Positions 19,513 to 34,500 of a DNA stretch of 64,000 bases are shown here, in pieces (positions within the stretch are counted from its first letter, which is position 1; each line of letters opens with the position of its first letter). Source of the DNA: a virus; IMG/VR virus record IMGVR_UViG_3300031688_000003, positions 55,272-119,271 of that record. One strand, given 5' to 3'. Made by a program: the position numbers and the translations under genes. A model generated the notes under the pieces. It ran no database searches, was not told where the DNA came from, and worked only from the letters and a program-made list of their open reading frames with translations.

Positions 19513-22500
19513 ATGGCTGAAATAGATGAAACCACACAAGGAAATACTAACCTTCCTCAAGATCAAAATATATCTAATCAAATGGTACAGGAAGAGTCTA
19601 TTCCTGAGAGTAATGTACCTCAAGTAAGTGATATAAATTTTGAAGATATTGCTGATATGATAGGTTCACCTACTGGTAACTTAGCTAGCCTTCAGCTTAG
19701 AGATCCTGTATTTGAGGGGATGTTAAGACAAGCTGCAATACCTATTAACTCAGCACCACCTATGACTGGTTTACATTCTTCATCTAATCCTTTACCTGGT
19801 AAAGCAACACAACATTATAATCCATATGAAGATTCCACGCCACCTGACATGACCACTATAGAGGGTAAGAAAAAGATGATGATGCAAGGAATGCATCAAG
19901 CTATGGTTAATCCAAGACAACAAAAAGCTCCAGGTTATAGATCAGATTTAGAATATGGAATAAGAGAAACAAATTTTGATAGATATTATGCACATAATAA
20001 ATATGATGAATTAGGATTTCATCCTTTTAGAAATAATGAACAAATATATAATGCTAATGCCACACTCTGGGATGATCATGCTAGAGCATGGAAACAAACA
20101 AGCCGTACTTATTGGACTGGTTTCACTTCTAGTTATGATGCTATAGGAGATTGGTTATCTGGTGATGGATACCTTTCTCCAGATAGAGATGGTGCAGAAG
20201 CTTTTGTTGATGCTATGCGTATTGGTAACTCATCAAAAGAAGGAGTAGGAGGTGCAGCAATAAGGTTTGGTTTAAATTCAGGATATACATTTGGTATTAT
20301 ATCTAATATCATGGCAGAAGAAATAGTACTTGCAGGTGTTACTGCACTTTCAGGAACAGGAGCTGCTCCAGTTGCAGCAGCAAGAACTGCTCAGAATGTT
20401 GGAAGACTAAAAACGGCATGGAATGCATTTGGGACAGCATTTAAAACAGGTGTTGGTCAGTCAACTAGAATATCAGCAGGTGCAAAACTTATGAAGGATA
20501 TGAATAAGGTGGAAAATGCTAGACATTTTTTTACTGCTGTAGGTGAGGGTGCTTTAAACTTTGTTACTCCAGGAACAATGCAGGCTATCCGAACTCTTAA
20601 CACTTCCAAAGGAGTTGTAAGAGGTGCTCAAAGTATTAAAAATGCAAATGCAGTATTTGGTGGATTTTATAGAGATATGAGACAAATCAATCTTGCAATA
20701 GCAGAAAGTAAGTTAGAATCAGGAATTGTTTATAATCAAATGATTGATGGTTTATATCATGATTATGTTGCACAATATGGTGATACTCCACCTTCAGAAA
20801 AGATAGATGAGATACGTCAAAAAGCAACTGCAGCTTCTAGTGCTACTATGGGTTTCAATGCTCCTCTTATATATTTATCTAATAAAATTGTATTAGGTAC
20901 ATTATTTCAAGGAATGGGTGGTGGTCTTAGTAGACTAGCATCAAGATATGAAGGTAAAGGTGCAGCACGTCTTTTTAGAAATAGTACAGTTAAACCAGCT
21001 GCAGCAAAAGCTACTACTGATGTAGCTAAAAAAACAATGTATGATGGTGGTTCAACTTTTATAAAGAGACTTAAAAATTTAGGTGTTAAAGGTTCAGCTG
21101 GTTCTGTTGGTGCTTTTGCATTAAGATACACAGGTGCTAACTTTGCTGAAGGTATTCAAGAACTTTCACAAGAGGTTATTGCTAAAACAGCAGAAGATTA
21201 TTACACTGGTTTATTTTTAGATCCAGCATCTATACAAAATATGTTATTGGATGCATCCCTTAAGGATGCAATAAATGCACAAATAAGCCCTCAAGGGTTT
21301 GAGGTATTTATGTCTGGGTTCTTAATGGGTGGTTTAGTTCAACCTGTACAACAAGGTCTAATGGTTGGATTACCTTCACTGTACCAAATGGGTAAAGGTC
21401 ATTATGGTACTAAACAAGATAAAGCAAAGTACCAACAATATAAAAAAACTAAAGAAGAATTTCTTTCTAAGTCTTTAGAAAACTTAAACCTTATTGCAGA
21501 AGATCCTTTAAAGTATTTTGATCCTACAAAATTAAATGCAGTAGAACAGAAGCAAATAAATGAAAGATTATTACAATCTTCATACTCATCTGATATGTTA
21601 TCATTCATGGATGATAAAGATCAGTCTATGTTCTCTCAACTTGATTACTTGTATAAGACTGGTAAATCTTCAGAATTTAAGTATCTATTAGAGGACTATA
21701 CTAAATTATCTGATGCAGAACTCTTAGAAGGTTTTCCTGAATATACAAAAGAGATTAAGTCAGGTAAGTTAAGAGGAAAATTAGAAAAAGCTATCAGTAA
21801 GATTGATGAGTTTAAAAAAGGTTGGGATATGGTAAAGATGAGTTATCCAAACCCATATGATCCATCTGAATTTATGGAGGGTTCTGCTGAATGGAATATA
21901 ACAGCATTACAATCATTAGCATATGATCATTCTACAAAACTATTAATGTATTCACAAGATACTTTTAAAAGAGCACTTGAAAGATCAAATAGTATATTTG
22001 AAAGGTTAAGTGGTGAATCTGTAATAAGTAAGTTTAATACTAATGATATATCTGCATTATTAGATCTTAAGAGTCTTAAAACTGAAATGGAACTTCTTAA
22101 GTCTGAAATTGAACTTGGAGCAACAACATCAGAACAGAAAGAACTTATAGAGACAAAAACAAAAAGGTTAGAGTTACTACAAAATTACTTTGATATAATC
22201 ACTAACCCAGAAAACTTTACTAAAAGAAGTGAAGATAATATTGCTATATCTGCAAAAACAGATATGGAAGCAACAGAAGAGACTGGAGATGACACTATGG
22301 AAATTGGTGGTCAAAGATATAAAGCAGCTAGAAAAGTAACTTCTGAAGTTGGAACTTTTGATAGAAGAAAAATTAATAAGTTAACTCCAGCATTTAATGC
22401 ATATATCAATTTCTTAGCAGAACAGAAAGGAGAATTCATTCATGGTAATGATATGACTGATGTGTTAAAAGATATAGTAGATTATAAATTTCTAAAAGGA

Positions 22501-25500
22501 AGATCACAAACATACTTCAGAGCTATTGAAAATTTGAATAATCCAGAAGCTATGGGTGATACAGCTCAGAGAATTGCTGAAAGATTAAAGATTATATTTG
22601 ATAGAAATAAAGAGGATGTTGAAGTTGCAGTTAAAAAGTATGTAAATGATTTAGAGAAAAATGAATTAATAAATCAATTTGCATCTCAGCTTATTTACCC
22701 TGATGCAGATCAAGTTATTTTATTTTTCCAAGAAGGTATTATACCAACTATATTTCAATCTCCATCTGGACAAATTACAGCACAAGATAATACAGGTAAG
22801 TGGGAAGCTATACAAAACCTAATCAAAGCATACCAAAATAGACCAGGAACAGAAACAACTGTTCAACCTGGAGATGCTGTTACTGAAGATGAAATAAATA
22901 ATGAAGATGAGTTTGATAGACTAGCAAATCAAGCTGAACAGAAAGTTACTGAAATATCAGAATCTACTAATGCTGTATTAGTTACAAAATGGAAATCATA
23001 TGTTCAGTCTAGAGTTGGTACTTCTGGAAAAGTTTTATCATGGAATGATTGGCAGAATACTAAAGAAGCAAAAAATATAAAAGCTATTAGAGCAGAGTTA
23101 GATGTTGTTTATTTAAGTAACTTAACTTTAGATCAACAACAACAAAAATCTTTTGATAAATGGTTAATTGAAAATCAAAGAACACCTGAAGTATATAGAA
23201 TACTTGACTCAAAGGGTGGGTCAATAAGTGATTATATTATTACTGATTCTGACACAGCACAAACTGATAAGTTAGATGCTGGAGATGTATTAACTGAAAG
23301 TCCTACAGGTATAAACATATTAAAGAAACTAGTGTCTAGTCAATCAGGTGATGATGAATTTTTCTATGAAGTTGTAGATAATAATATGAATAATCTACAT
23401 CAACAATATGTAAATGTTGATCCTAGTATAATGGATACATATGCTACTATGGGTGAGGCTTTAAAAGCTCAAGATGCAATTATAAAGTTACTACCTAGTA
23501 ATAGCACTTTCCCATTTCAAGGTAGAGATTTTCATTATAAACAGATATTACAAGATAACAACAAAGAACTTTTTACAGTAATCACAACACCTTCATTATT
23601 TAATAAGGGTGGTAAATTATACTTAAGACCTCTTGAATTTGCAAATGATCCTAAGAAAAGCTTTGAAGTAACTGATGTGGGTAATTATAGTCCATTAGAT
23701 GCTACTAATTTTAAGGCATCATCAAAGCAGGATAACTTATTAAAACTTAGACAATCAGAACCTATTAGACTATATGCTAGAAGAGCAGATAATGAAACAG
23801 CTGAAGATGCTGAAGTAAGATTAACTGATAGATTAAAAGAAATACCTCAAGAACAAGTTCGTGCTTTTACATTAAAGGTCTCTAGAAATGCTAAATGGGA
23901 AAGCTTTTTAAATGAAGAACCAACAAATAGAGGTAAGTTAGGTACTGAAGAGTTTAATAATCCAAGATTAAGAATTGGTTCAGAAGAATTAACTGTTGCT
24001 GTAATGCATGGACGTGAAATACTTGGATACTTACAGGGACCTACTGGATCTATTATTTTAGATGCATATGATAATGTTATAAATCCTTTATCTTTAACTG
24101 AAGATCAAGCAGAAGAGTACTTTCAAATATATAAAACATCTTCTACACAACTTAGAACTGCTGCAGAACAACTTCAAATAATAAAAAATAACTATGCAAG
24201 TAGTATTTTATTAAATAAAAAGCTAAGAGATCTATTAGGAAGTGATCAAGAAGCAGATATTCCTATAGCAAAAATCAAAGGTTTAGATCTTAGAATATCT
24301 CCAGGTGAAATGTCATTTGCTGCTAAAGGTAAAGGAGTAACATTTTCTGAATTACATAGTAGTACAGTTGATGGAAAGAATATATGGGTAGTAGATAACC
24401 GTAGTGATGGTAATGGTGGTATAATTACAAATATTACTGATGATGAAGTTTATGAAAAGACTGATGCATTAGTAAGTGCAGCAACTGATCAGTCAGGATA
24501 TAATCCTTTAAATACTAAAAGTAGATATGTTGCAGCAGTAAGACTTAACAATGGAACATTTACATTTGTAGAATTAAAAGCAGGTGAATTAACTAGTGAT
24601 GAGAAAAGTCAGTTAACATTAGATATTCTAAATGAACAAGATAAAACATTAGCTGAAAACATTGATAAAGAAAATGATGAAGTAAAAGATGCTACTGTTA
24701 ATTTTGCATTCAATGAAAAACTTAAAAATGATTTCTATGTATTTGGAAAAACTGGAGAGTTTATTGATATAGAACTTACAGCTAGAGGTGATGTACAAGT
24801 CATATATAGAAATACAAAGAAAGCTGGAAAAGATGGTAAAGCATTAAGAGTTACATATACTGTAAATGAGAATGAACTTAAAGGTGTTAAAGAATCTGCA
24901 AATCCTTTTAAAGAATTCTTAACTGTAATCAATAACAAAATTAAATTTAAAGATTCATCTATTGAAGTAAAGAGTGGTCTTAAATTAAGCTCAGATAACT
25001 TTAGATCATCTATACCTAAAGAAGCTACAATACAAGATCTTGCATCTGTAGTTACTAACTTTAATAAAGGACTAAGAGAAAACATTAGAATTGAAGCAGT
25101 CATTGCTGATTCAGCTCAGATTAATAATATTTTAAATAATGTAGAGCTCCCATCTTTTGTAAAGAATAGTGTTAAAGAACAAATAGAAAATACAGATCAA
25201 GTACTACTTGAAGCTGAAAGTGAAGCACCTGAGTTGACTCCAGAGTATATGAGACGTTTATTTGCAGAAGGATATGTAAATATAGACACTAACATTATAA
25301 AAGCAATAGCTAGAAAGCTAGCAACTAATATAGAATTATCAGCAGCTGAACGTACAATTTATGCTAATAATAAAAATACACAAGTACGTGATGATATAAA
25401 CTTATTAAAGCTTACATATAGATCAGGTGTAATTGAAGAGGGTGGTTCCACTGATATTGATATTGAAGGTAATCCAGTTGTAGTTGAAAAATCTCCATCA

Positions 25501-28500
25501 AGAAAAATAGCTGATCAAATTAAAGATCTTGAAGAAGAATCTGGTAAGTTAGAAGATAAAATTTGGGAAGATACATATTATAGCATTGCTTCTGATGAAC
25601 AAATTAAAGCAGATCCTAGTGTGATAAAAGAAGGTAACATTGCTGCTAATGATGCTATTGAGAATAGTGAAGAATTAAAAAGTATTGAAGCTAAGATTGC
25701 TGAGTTAAAAAAGAACTTAGCTCCAAAGGTTATTAATGAAAGACTTGGTCAAGAACATATTGAACAAATTGATGAATTTATTACTTGGTCTCAACAGAAC
25801 TTACCTGACTTTATTCAAATACAAGACATAAGAGATTTATCAGCTAGACTAAAAGAGAATGGTAAGACAGCTGGTATGTTTACATTAGAACTAAACACAT
25901 TAGGAAATAATATAGAAGGTAATATATATGTAGGTGCACAAACACCATTTAAATACCACGAAGCATTTCACGGGGTGTTTAGAATGTTACTTAGTGAAGA
26001 AGAGATTAGAAAATATATTTCACTTGCTAAAACAGAGAAGCTTGCTGCACTTAGGAAAGAAGGTAAAAAACTATCACAAGCTCTTAATGAACTTAGAACA
26101 TCACATAGTATCTATAATAAACTATCTAAAACAGAATTAGAACATAGACTATATGAAGAATACTTAGCAGATGCATTTGACGCATTTAAAATGAAGCCTA
26201 AGGGAACTAAAACTTCTTCTGAAATTAAGAGTCTGTTTACAAGAATTATAGAATGGATTAAAGCTGTATTTAATAGATTTAGTAAGAATGAATTAACAAC
26301 TTTATTTGAGAATATTGATTCAGCAAAATACTCTATATCTTCAGTTCAATCTAATAGGTTTACAACTGCTACAGAAACTGGCATAACCTCAGCTGCACCA
26401 AAAGTAATTGCTATAGATAGTTTTGAGAATACATATACAGATCCATTCACAGGACAAGAGATTGTAAGTTTATCTAATATATATATGCCTGCTAATGATC
26501 AAAGACAATTAATTGCTACTGTTTCAGCACTATACAGAAGCTATGTAGAGAGAGGTGATTTATTAACTATGTCTAAAAGAGATGTGTTAAATACAGCTAT
26601 TGCTGATTACACTAAACTTCTTAATCCAAGAAGAACTTACTACACTAGTGAATCAAATGGTATATCATTTAGAAGTATAAGAAAGAAACTTAAAACATAC
26701 TATAAAGCTTTAAAAACAAATAGAGACGTAATTGCTGAGAACGTTACTAATTATTTAGCAATCTTTGATGCCAAATATCAAATTGAACAAGATGCATTTG
26801 AAGAGCATATACATAATGAAGATAACAACATAAGGAAGGTTGACCAGTATGGTAAAGATGCTAGTCAAATAGGAGGAGCTATGTCATTATCAACTGAATT
26901 AAGAACATTTATTGCAACTACAGTATTATCAGAACAAGATTTATTTGGAAATACAGAAACACTAGAGGGAATTCCTATTGTAACTACAGTTGATTTTAAC
27001 TTTGCATATAGTGGTCTTCTAAAAGCTTTATCTGATAAGACAACAGACTTGGAATTATTAAGAGCACTTGCTTTATTTAGTTCATCTAATAAGAATACTG
27101 CAGCTGTAGCTAATAATATATTTAATGAAATAGGTATAATAGATCCAATATCTTTATTAGATGCAGAACAATTACCTGAAATATCAAATCCAAATTTCTT
27201 ACAAAAAGTTATAAAAGGATTTAATATGTTTAGAGTAGACTATATGTTTGCTCATAAAGATGATGATACTGGTATTGTGTTCTTATATGCAGCAAATAAG
27301 AAAGATGATGCACATTCACAAATAGATCATTGGTCTCAGCACTTTGATGAAGTTTATCCTACATTATTAACTGATGATGGAAAGAAAAAAGCTGTATCAT
27401 TACTTAACTTGTTTTACTCTAAACTTCAGAATCCAAAAGAAAGAAGTAGGAATGCATTAGACATAGAATCAAAGGATATAGCTAAAAAGATATATGAACA
27501 AATTGGTATACAACTAAACGCTGAAACTATTAAGTATAGTATATTATCTACCAAAGTAGTTAGAAAGAACTGGGAAGAAGCAATTGTTTCTTTAGGTTTG
27601 TCTGCTGGAGCTGATCCAATTGTATCAGAAGATATTGCTGAGTTAAGAAATTCAATTTCAAGAGGGGAAAACATATTCTTAGATAATCAAACTAACATAC
27701 CTGAGAATGAAGCTGAAGAACAAAGCACACCTGAGGTGGTTGAACAAAGTACAGGTATTAGTAGTAGATTAAAAAAGATGGCTAATACAAATGCTAACTT
27801 TGATGAGACAGTAGGTGCTACAGTATTTAGAGATCCAAAAGGTAATTTAATATATGCTCATCAGATGCCTACATTCCATTTAGTGAAGATTGCTGAAATG
27901 AGTGAAGCTAATTGGGCAAGTACTAAATTAGAAGAGAATAAATTCTTTAATAGAAATTACTTATTAAACAATGATAAGTTCTTGGCTCATGCAAAATCTG
28001 GACAATTAAAGGTATCAAGATTTATAGGAAGTAAGGAAGGTAGACTAACTGAGAATGAACAAGGAACTCTAATAGAGAATAGAGGTTTAAACACTAATCA
28101 AAAAGATGGTGTATCATTTGGAGAATCAACAGGTGCAGAATTTATTGCTGATGTTCTTAACTCTTATGTATATAACTATAATAGAAATAGTCAATCTGTA
28201 CCCTTAAACCCATATGATAAAAATGGTAAGGAGTTATTTTATATAACTGCTCCCGTAGATTTGAAAGTATTATCTGATGCTAGTACTTCAGACTTTGTTG
28301 ATCTACCAATTGAAAAAATGATAGAGCAAGATGAATCAGGAGATATTAAACTTACTGACCATACTCTTGATGCATTGATCAATAACATTTTACAATATGA
28401 ATATGACCGTGTTGCAGATGAATTAAATGCAGAGACAACTGCTAAAGATGTCATAGAAGGATTCAATACAGATATTATAAAGAAAGGAGTACAAACAGGT

Positions 28501-31500
28501 CAAAGAGGAAAGAGGTTTGTAAGATCAAGAGGATTTATTACTTCAAGAAAATCTAAGATTAAAGTATTAGGTGGTATTAAAACACCTCTGATGTCTGAAA
28601 AGACAAGAGCAGATATTGCAATAGGAGAACAAAGAATAATATTAAGGGGTGGAAAGGCTCTTGGAAAGATTGGTTTAGATTCAGGACAAGAATCACCTAT
28701 ATCAATTGACTATAAAGTTGAAGGTGAAACAAAGTTTGAATCATTTATACTAAAGAATAAAGGCCTTGTATCTGTAGATAACATCAACTTAGATGAGTAT
28801 TTAACAAATCTTGGTGAAGCTAAGAGCACTAAACCTTTTGCTGGTAAGAAGAAACAGAACACTGCTAAGTTAGGGGATGTAACTTATTACTTCCAAAGAG
28901 GTGATGATGCTAGATTCTTTAATGGTACAATACAACAATATGCATATGAGTTTATCCCATTAGGAGAAGCAAATATAGAGATAGGTGTTGAAGAAGTTAA
29001 AACTGTATCAACACAACAAACTACTGAGGTTAAAGCTACGGCAGGAACAAATTATAAAATTAAAAAGTATGATACTGGTTTAGAGAGTCTTTTACTTTCT
29101 AGAGGTGGAAAAGAAATAGGACATATAGATATAGACTCAAGTGAAAAAAATATAGCAGACGAAGAAGTTAATGCTATGTATAATGCTAATCCTGAAAGAA
29201 AAACTATTGTTAATATAGAAATAAATAAAGCTGAACAAGGAAAAGGACTAGGAAAATATTTATATAAATTAGCAGCTAAAGAATACGGTACTTTAAGGTC
29301 TGATATTTCTATAAGTCCTGAAGCTTTTCGTGTATATGAAAGTTTAGTTAAAGAAGGGTATGCAAAAAAGATAACTAATATAAAACAAATAGAAGGAAAT
29401 GTTGGAACGTTTTTAATTCAAGATACAGCAGGTCAACAAACTACAGAATCAGATGTAGCTTACTTTGAGTCAGATACATTTGTGGAAGAGACTTTAATCA
29501 ATGCTGCTAAAGAAGGGTTAACCTTTGATCAGGCAGTAGATAGAATAGGTAAAGATAAGTTAAAAGGAATAATAGAAGAAAGAATTCTTACAGATTTCTT
29601 TGACTTCAGACGTTTGCTTACTAATACCAAAGCTACTGCTAAACTTAGTAGTGAGCTTACTGAAGGTTTAGGTATGATAGTTAGACCTGAAAAAGGTAAA
29701 AAAGGTAAAGCTTATCATAAAGTTACAAATGAGGGAAGGAAAGCAATGACACTATATAATCTTAAAGAGAATGATCTAGATTATAATCTTGCTCAAATAT
29801 TCATGCATGGTTATGTAAATGCAAGATCCTTTAATGATTTACTATTAGGTGATCATGCTTTACTATTTGAAAACTTTACTGCTGAAACTAAAAGGGCTAA
29901 AATGCAAAATGCATCAGGACCTAGTGCAGCCTCAGCTATAGTAGCACCTAAGCTTGGTATTAATCATACATTCATGGCTGATAATAGTATTAGTTTATTT
30001 ACTTATCATGATCCAAAAGTTCAGAAGAGATTTTCAAATGGTACGATTGAATCAACAGATGCACAAATGGTTGGTACAGTTAAATCATTTAGACACCTTT
30101 GGTTTGGTGTAGGTAAACTATCTCCAGCACAATCAGATCTATTAGATAGAATAGAAAGAGGTGATGTGATTACTGCTGAGGATATGTGGGGTGATGTGAA
30201 GTTAGGTACTGAAGGTTATATAAAACTTAATGCTATAATAAACTCTAAGAAGTTTGTTTATGGTGATGGTAATGTATTTGCTAAGATGTCATTCTTTATG
30301 TTAAGTAAAGGTCTTACGTCATACAAAAACAAATTTGGAGAATGGGTTGCACTTCCACAAATGGAAGAGCTTCATAATTTAAGAGTAAAGCTTGAAGCTG
30401 CTGAAAAAGGTACTCAAAAAGTATCACTTGCTATACCAACATCAGGTTCTAAAATGATGAAGAAGAATGTAATCACTGCAAAAGAAATGTATGGTTCTAA
30501 ATCTATACTTGAGATACAGGAAGATTATAAAGATGTAAATGGATCACACAGGAGTATAACACAAGGATTAAATCCTAAATGGATGAGACTTCAAGTTATT
30601 AATCCATCAAACAAGCTAGAGGGAATTGATCCACGTCAGATGAAGCAACTAGCTACAACTGAACAAACTGATAATATAGAAGTAGTTATAGGTGGTGTAC
30701 CAATTTCTATAAAGAAAATAAAAGAAGCATATCATAAATCTGTTTCTGATCAAGTTACATTAAGATATAGAAACAAAAGAAATCTTGTGTTTAATTTAGG
30801 AACTGCTTTAGATGAGATAGGGAAGAGTGTAGATATTAATAAAGTAACAGTTAACCTTAGATCATTCTTACGTTATGCTATATCTGGACTTGAAGCTTCA
30901 AAGTCTAAAACACAAATGTTAGAGTTCTTCTCCTTTGATGAAGTAGGTAACCCTAAGTTTAATTTAAATAATCCCATTACAATAGATAAGTTCCAAGAGT
31001 TATTCTTAGGTTACTTTAGTAAAGGTGTTCTTGCTGGTAAACAAGCTGAGATTACAGCAGCATTAGTTTCTAGTCATGGAGCAAAACCTATGAGGAAAGT
31101 TTTAGAGTTAGATGAAAATGGTCAACCTTTAAGAACTCAGGTTATAAGAATGGATGAGTTTAAAGAAATGAAGACTAAACCAGAAATAGCTGATAAGTTT
31201 ATTGAAATTGATAATGAACCAGGTAAATGGGTAGGTCTTAAAGTAGGAGATGTAATACTACAGAAGTTACAACATAATGTATATGATCCAATAACGAAAG
31301 AGTACTATAGTGAATTTATGATGGCAGCACATCATAGAGAAGTTTATAAGAATCTTAAACCTGGGGACATAATTCCTATTGAAATTGCAGAAGCTTTGGG
31401 TATACGTATCCCTTCACAAGATAAACATTCTGCTATGAGTTTAAGACTTGTAGATTTCTTACCTGTCTATTATGGATCCTCTGCAATGTTCTCTGATGAG

Positions 31501-34500
31501 TTAATTGAAATATCAGGAGCGGATTTTGATATTGATAAATTATTCATGCATATTAAAGAGTGGTATTATGCAAAAGGGAAATTTAATGAATACGGTAAAA
31601 GCAATACAGATAAGGGAAGATATGCAGAATATATAAGAAATGTTTTATCTCAAGTAAATAAGAGAGGAACAGCAGTATCTGACGCAGTTACTAATTGGAG
31701 TACAAATGATTCAGCATTCCTAGACGAGGAAGAAACAGCAGATTTGCAAGATGACTTAGCTAGACAAACAGCATCTGAATTAAAAGTAAATGCAAGCTTA
31801 TTTAAAGAAGCATATAGTGCAAAAATTATATCTTATGTATTAGAAATAAATGATAGTATAACAGATGAACAAGTGATAAAACTGTACAATAAGAATGAAG
31901 ATTTATATGGTGCTTTACAAAGTTTAGGTCTTCCTGTTACATTAAAAGAATATAAAGCATATTTTGAGAAGAATGGTGAACCATATGAAGCAGCAATAAA
32001 CAATGATATACTTGATCAAAGGATTGCTTTGATTGGTAATGAAGGGATTGTTAAACCTAAAGACGGAAGACAAATAGGTATTGGAAATGAGCCAGCAGAT
32101 CTAGAACCTTTATATGAAATTAGAGATTATCTTAAAGAAGAGTTTCCTGAGTTAGCTGATTTTGCTAATCCTGAAGATATTGATCCTGATAACATGTTAG
32201 GTCTTCTTGAGACTTGGAATAGTATTAAAACTGGTGAAGGAGGTATTGGTGCAGCTGTAAGACCAAATGTTGTTCTTAATATGTTAGGTGAGAATGGTAT
32301 TAAGGTTCAGAGTAATATTGCTGCAGGAAGAGAGTTGAATCCTCAGATTAGATTTAATAGTACTACATTTAGTGAGTTTGCAACTAAGTATTCTATTGAA
32401 GGTAAGGGTAATGATAAAGCTGTAAGAACACAGTATCTTATATCATCTCTGATTACAATGATGACAGATAATGCTAAAGAGAGATTAGCTGATGTATTAA
32501 GTATAAATAAGAATTCACTTGCAGTTGTAACAACGTTATCTTCATTAGGTGTACCAATTAAGACTAGTATGTTATTACTTAAGAATCCTATTATTAAATT
32601 AGGATATGACTTAGCAATAAATAAAGTATCCCCAATGGACCCTGGTATATCATCTATACTAAAGAAAAGATTAACATTCTTAAATAATGATTATGAAATA
32701 TCTACTGTCCCTGTAACAGATGCTATACTTACTGGAGCTATAATGAATGACTGGGTTAACCCAACTCTTCCTTTAACTTCAGGTTTTGGTACAGATATGA
32801 CAGGTCAAACTCCTGAAGGATATACTGATGAAGAAGCTTCTCTTGAATACTCAGTAATTAAACAATTTGTTAATGCACGTAGATTGACAGACTATACAGG
32901 TAAATTAGGATCACTTGTGGATTTACTTGCTGGGTTTGGTAGAAGCACTCAAGATATAGATAAAGCTGCTAATGACTTTAAAGAACTTGGTGTAGGATTA
33001 TCTGACTCAGAATTTAAGAAACTTAAAGATAAAGACGGAGTTGCAATTCCTATTGATGTAAGACCAATATTTGAAGGTAATGATTTCCGTGCAACTTACT
33101 ATAATATATTTAAAGAATTCACAGAAGATTTATTACCTGCTGTATTTATAACACGTACTGCTGAGTTTGTTAAAATGAAAGAAGCAGTGGTTGCAAATAT
33201 GATAAGTAATAATATGCTAGTAGATGAGAGAAGAGTAAATATTATTGAGAAGGATGTACTTAGTTATTTAACTATGACTTCATACAAGCAGTTCTTACTT
33301 AATTCTCCAGATGGTGCAGAGAAATTAGGTTCATTACAGAACGGTTTAATATATGATGATCTTGGAGGAGAAAACTCTGTTACTATAGATAATGTTATAA
33401 CTAGTGTTAGGAATTACTTCAAAGCAGAAGGTAAAGAAAATTACTTCATAGAGAAGTTTATATATCTAGACTTAGCTTCTAATGATACTAATAAGGCTGG
33501 TATTAATAGAGCTAAAGCAAACAACTGGACACAGATGAGTGATTCTAAAGTTGTAGACTTACAAGCTAGTTTTGCAGAGATCTATAGTGAACCAGCATTA
33601 AGAACACACGCTTATGATCTTATGCATTACCTTTTAGTTAAAGATGGCATGCAATTTAAAAATAACACTTTCTTAAGTGCTATACCTGGGTTTATGTTTG
33701 ATAGAGTATTGAATGCAATATCAGCAGGACATACATTATTGAAATCTACAACTGCAACAGATTCTTCATACAACTTAGTATTTGGTAAATCTTCAGAGAT
33801 GCTAGCTAATGATTTTGTAGAAGGTTATCTTAAGTCAAATCAAAATGGTTGGTTATTACCTATGGTAAAATCTATAACTACTGATGAAGCACAAGCTGCA
33901 CATATAAATAAAGAAGGTAACTTAATTGTTAATATGTTTAATGGTGTAAAATCTTTCACAGAACAGAAGGGTACAAAAGTAATTAAAGGTAAAAAGTATA
34001 AATTCCAACGAGAAGGTAAATCTATATTTGTAGATCAAAAGAGTAAGCAATATAAAGCTCTTGCTAAGAACATGGGTCAACTAGGTGGAATGGGTTTTAA
34101 ATTTGAAAATATAAAGAAAGGAGAAAAAGCTTTAGAATTAGTTCTTCCATTATATGTAAGAAATATATACAAAGATGACTTTGGGACTACATATGTAAAG
34201 AACTTTGAGTTACAACAAACATATAGAGAAAAGAGATTTTCTAAGTCTGGTGATATTATGAACATGTTAGATGGTGAAGAACTTGTAGCTAAAGGTTACC
34301 AGGCAGTATATGTTCCTGTAGAATTAGTTGGTTCAAATCAAGTTACTCCAGTTAGTTTTGCATTAGGAGAAGTTCCTACATACAAGTCACTAAGAGATAA
34401 GTATAAATCAGATCCTATGGATGGGCTTATTAATAGTTTAAATTTAGATCAGATTGAAGAAGATATTAAATCATTTGGTAATATGGACGCTGCTGCAATG

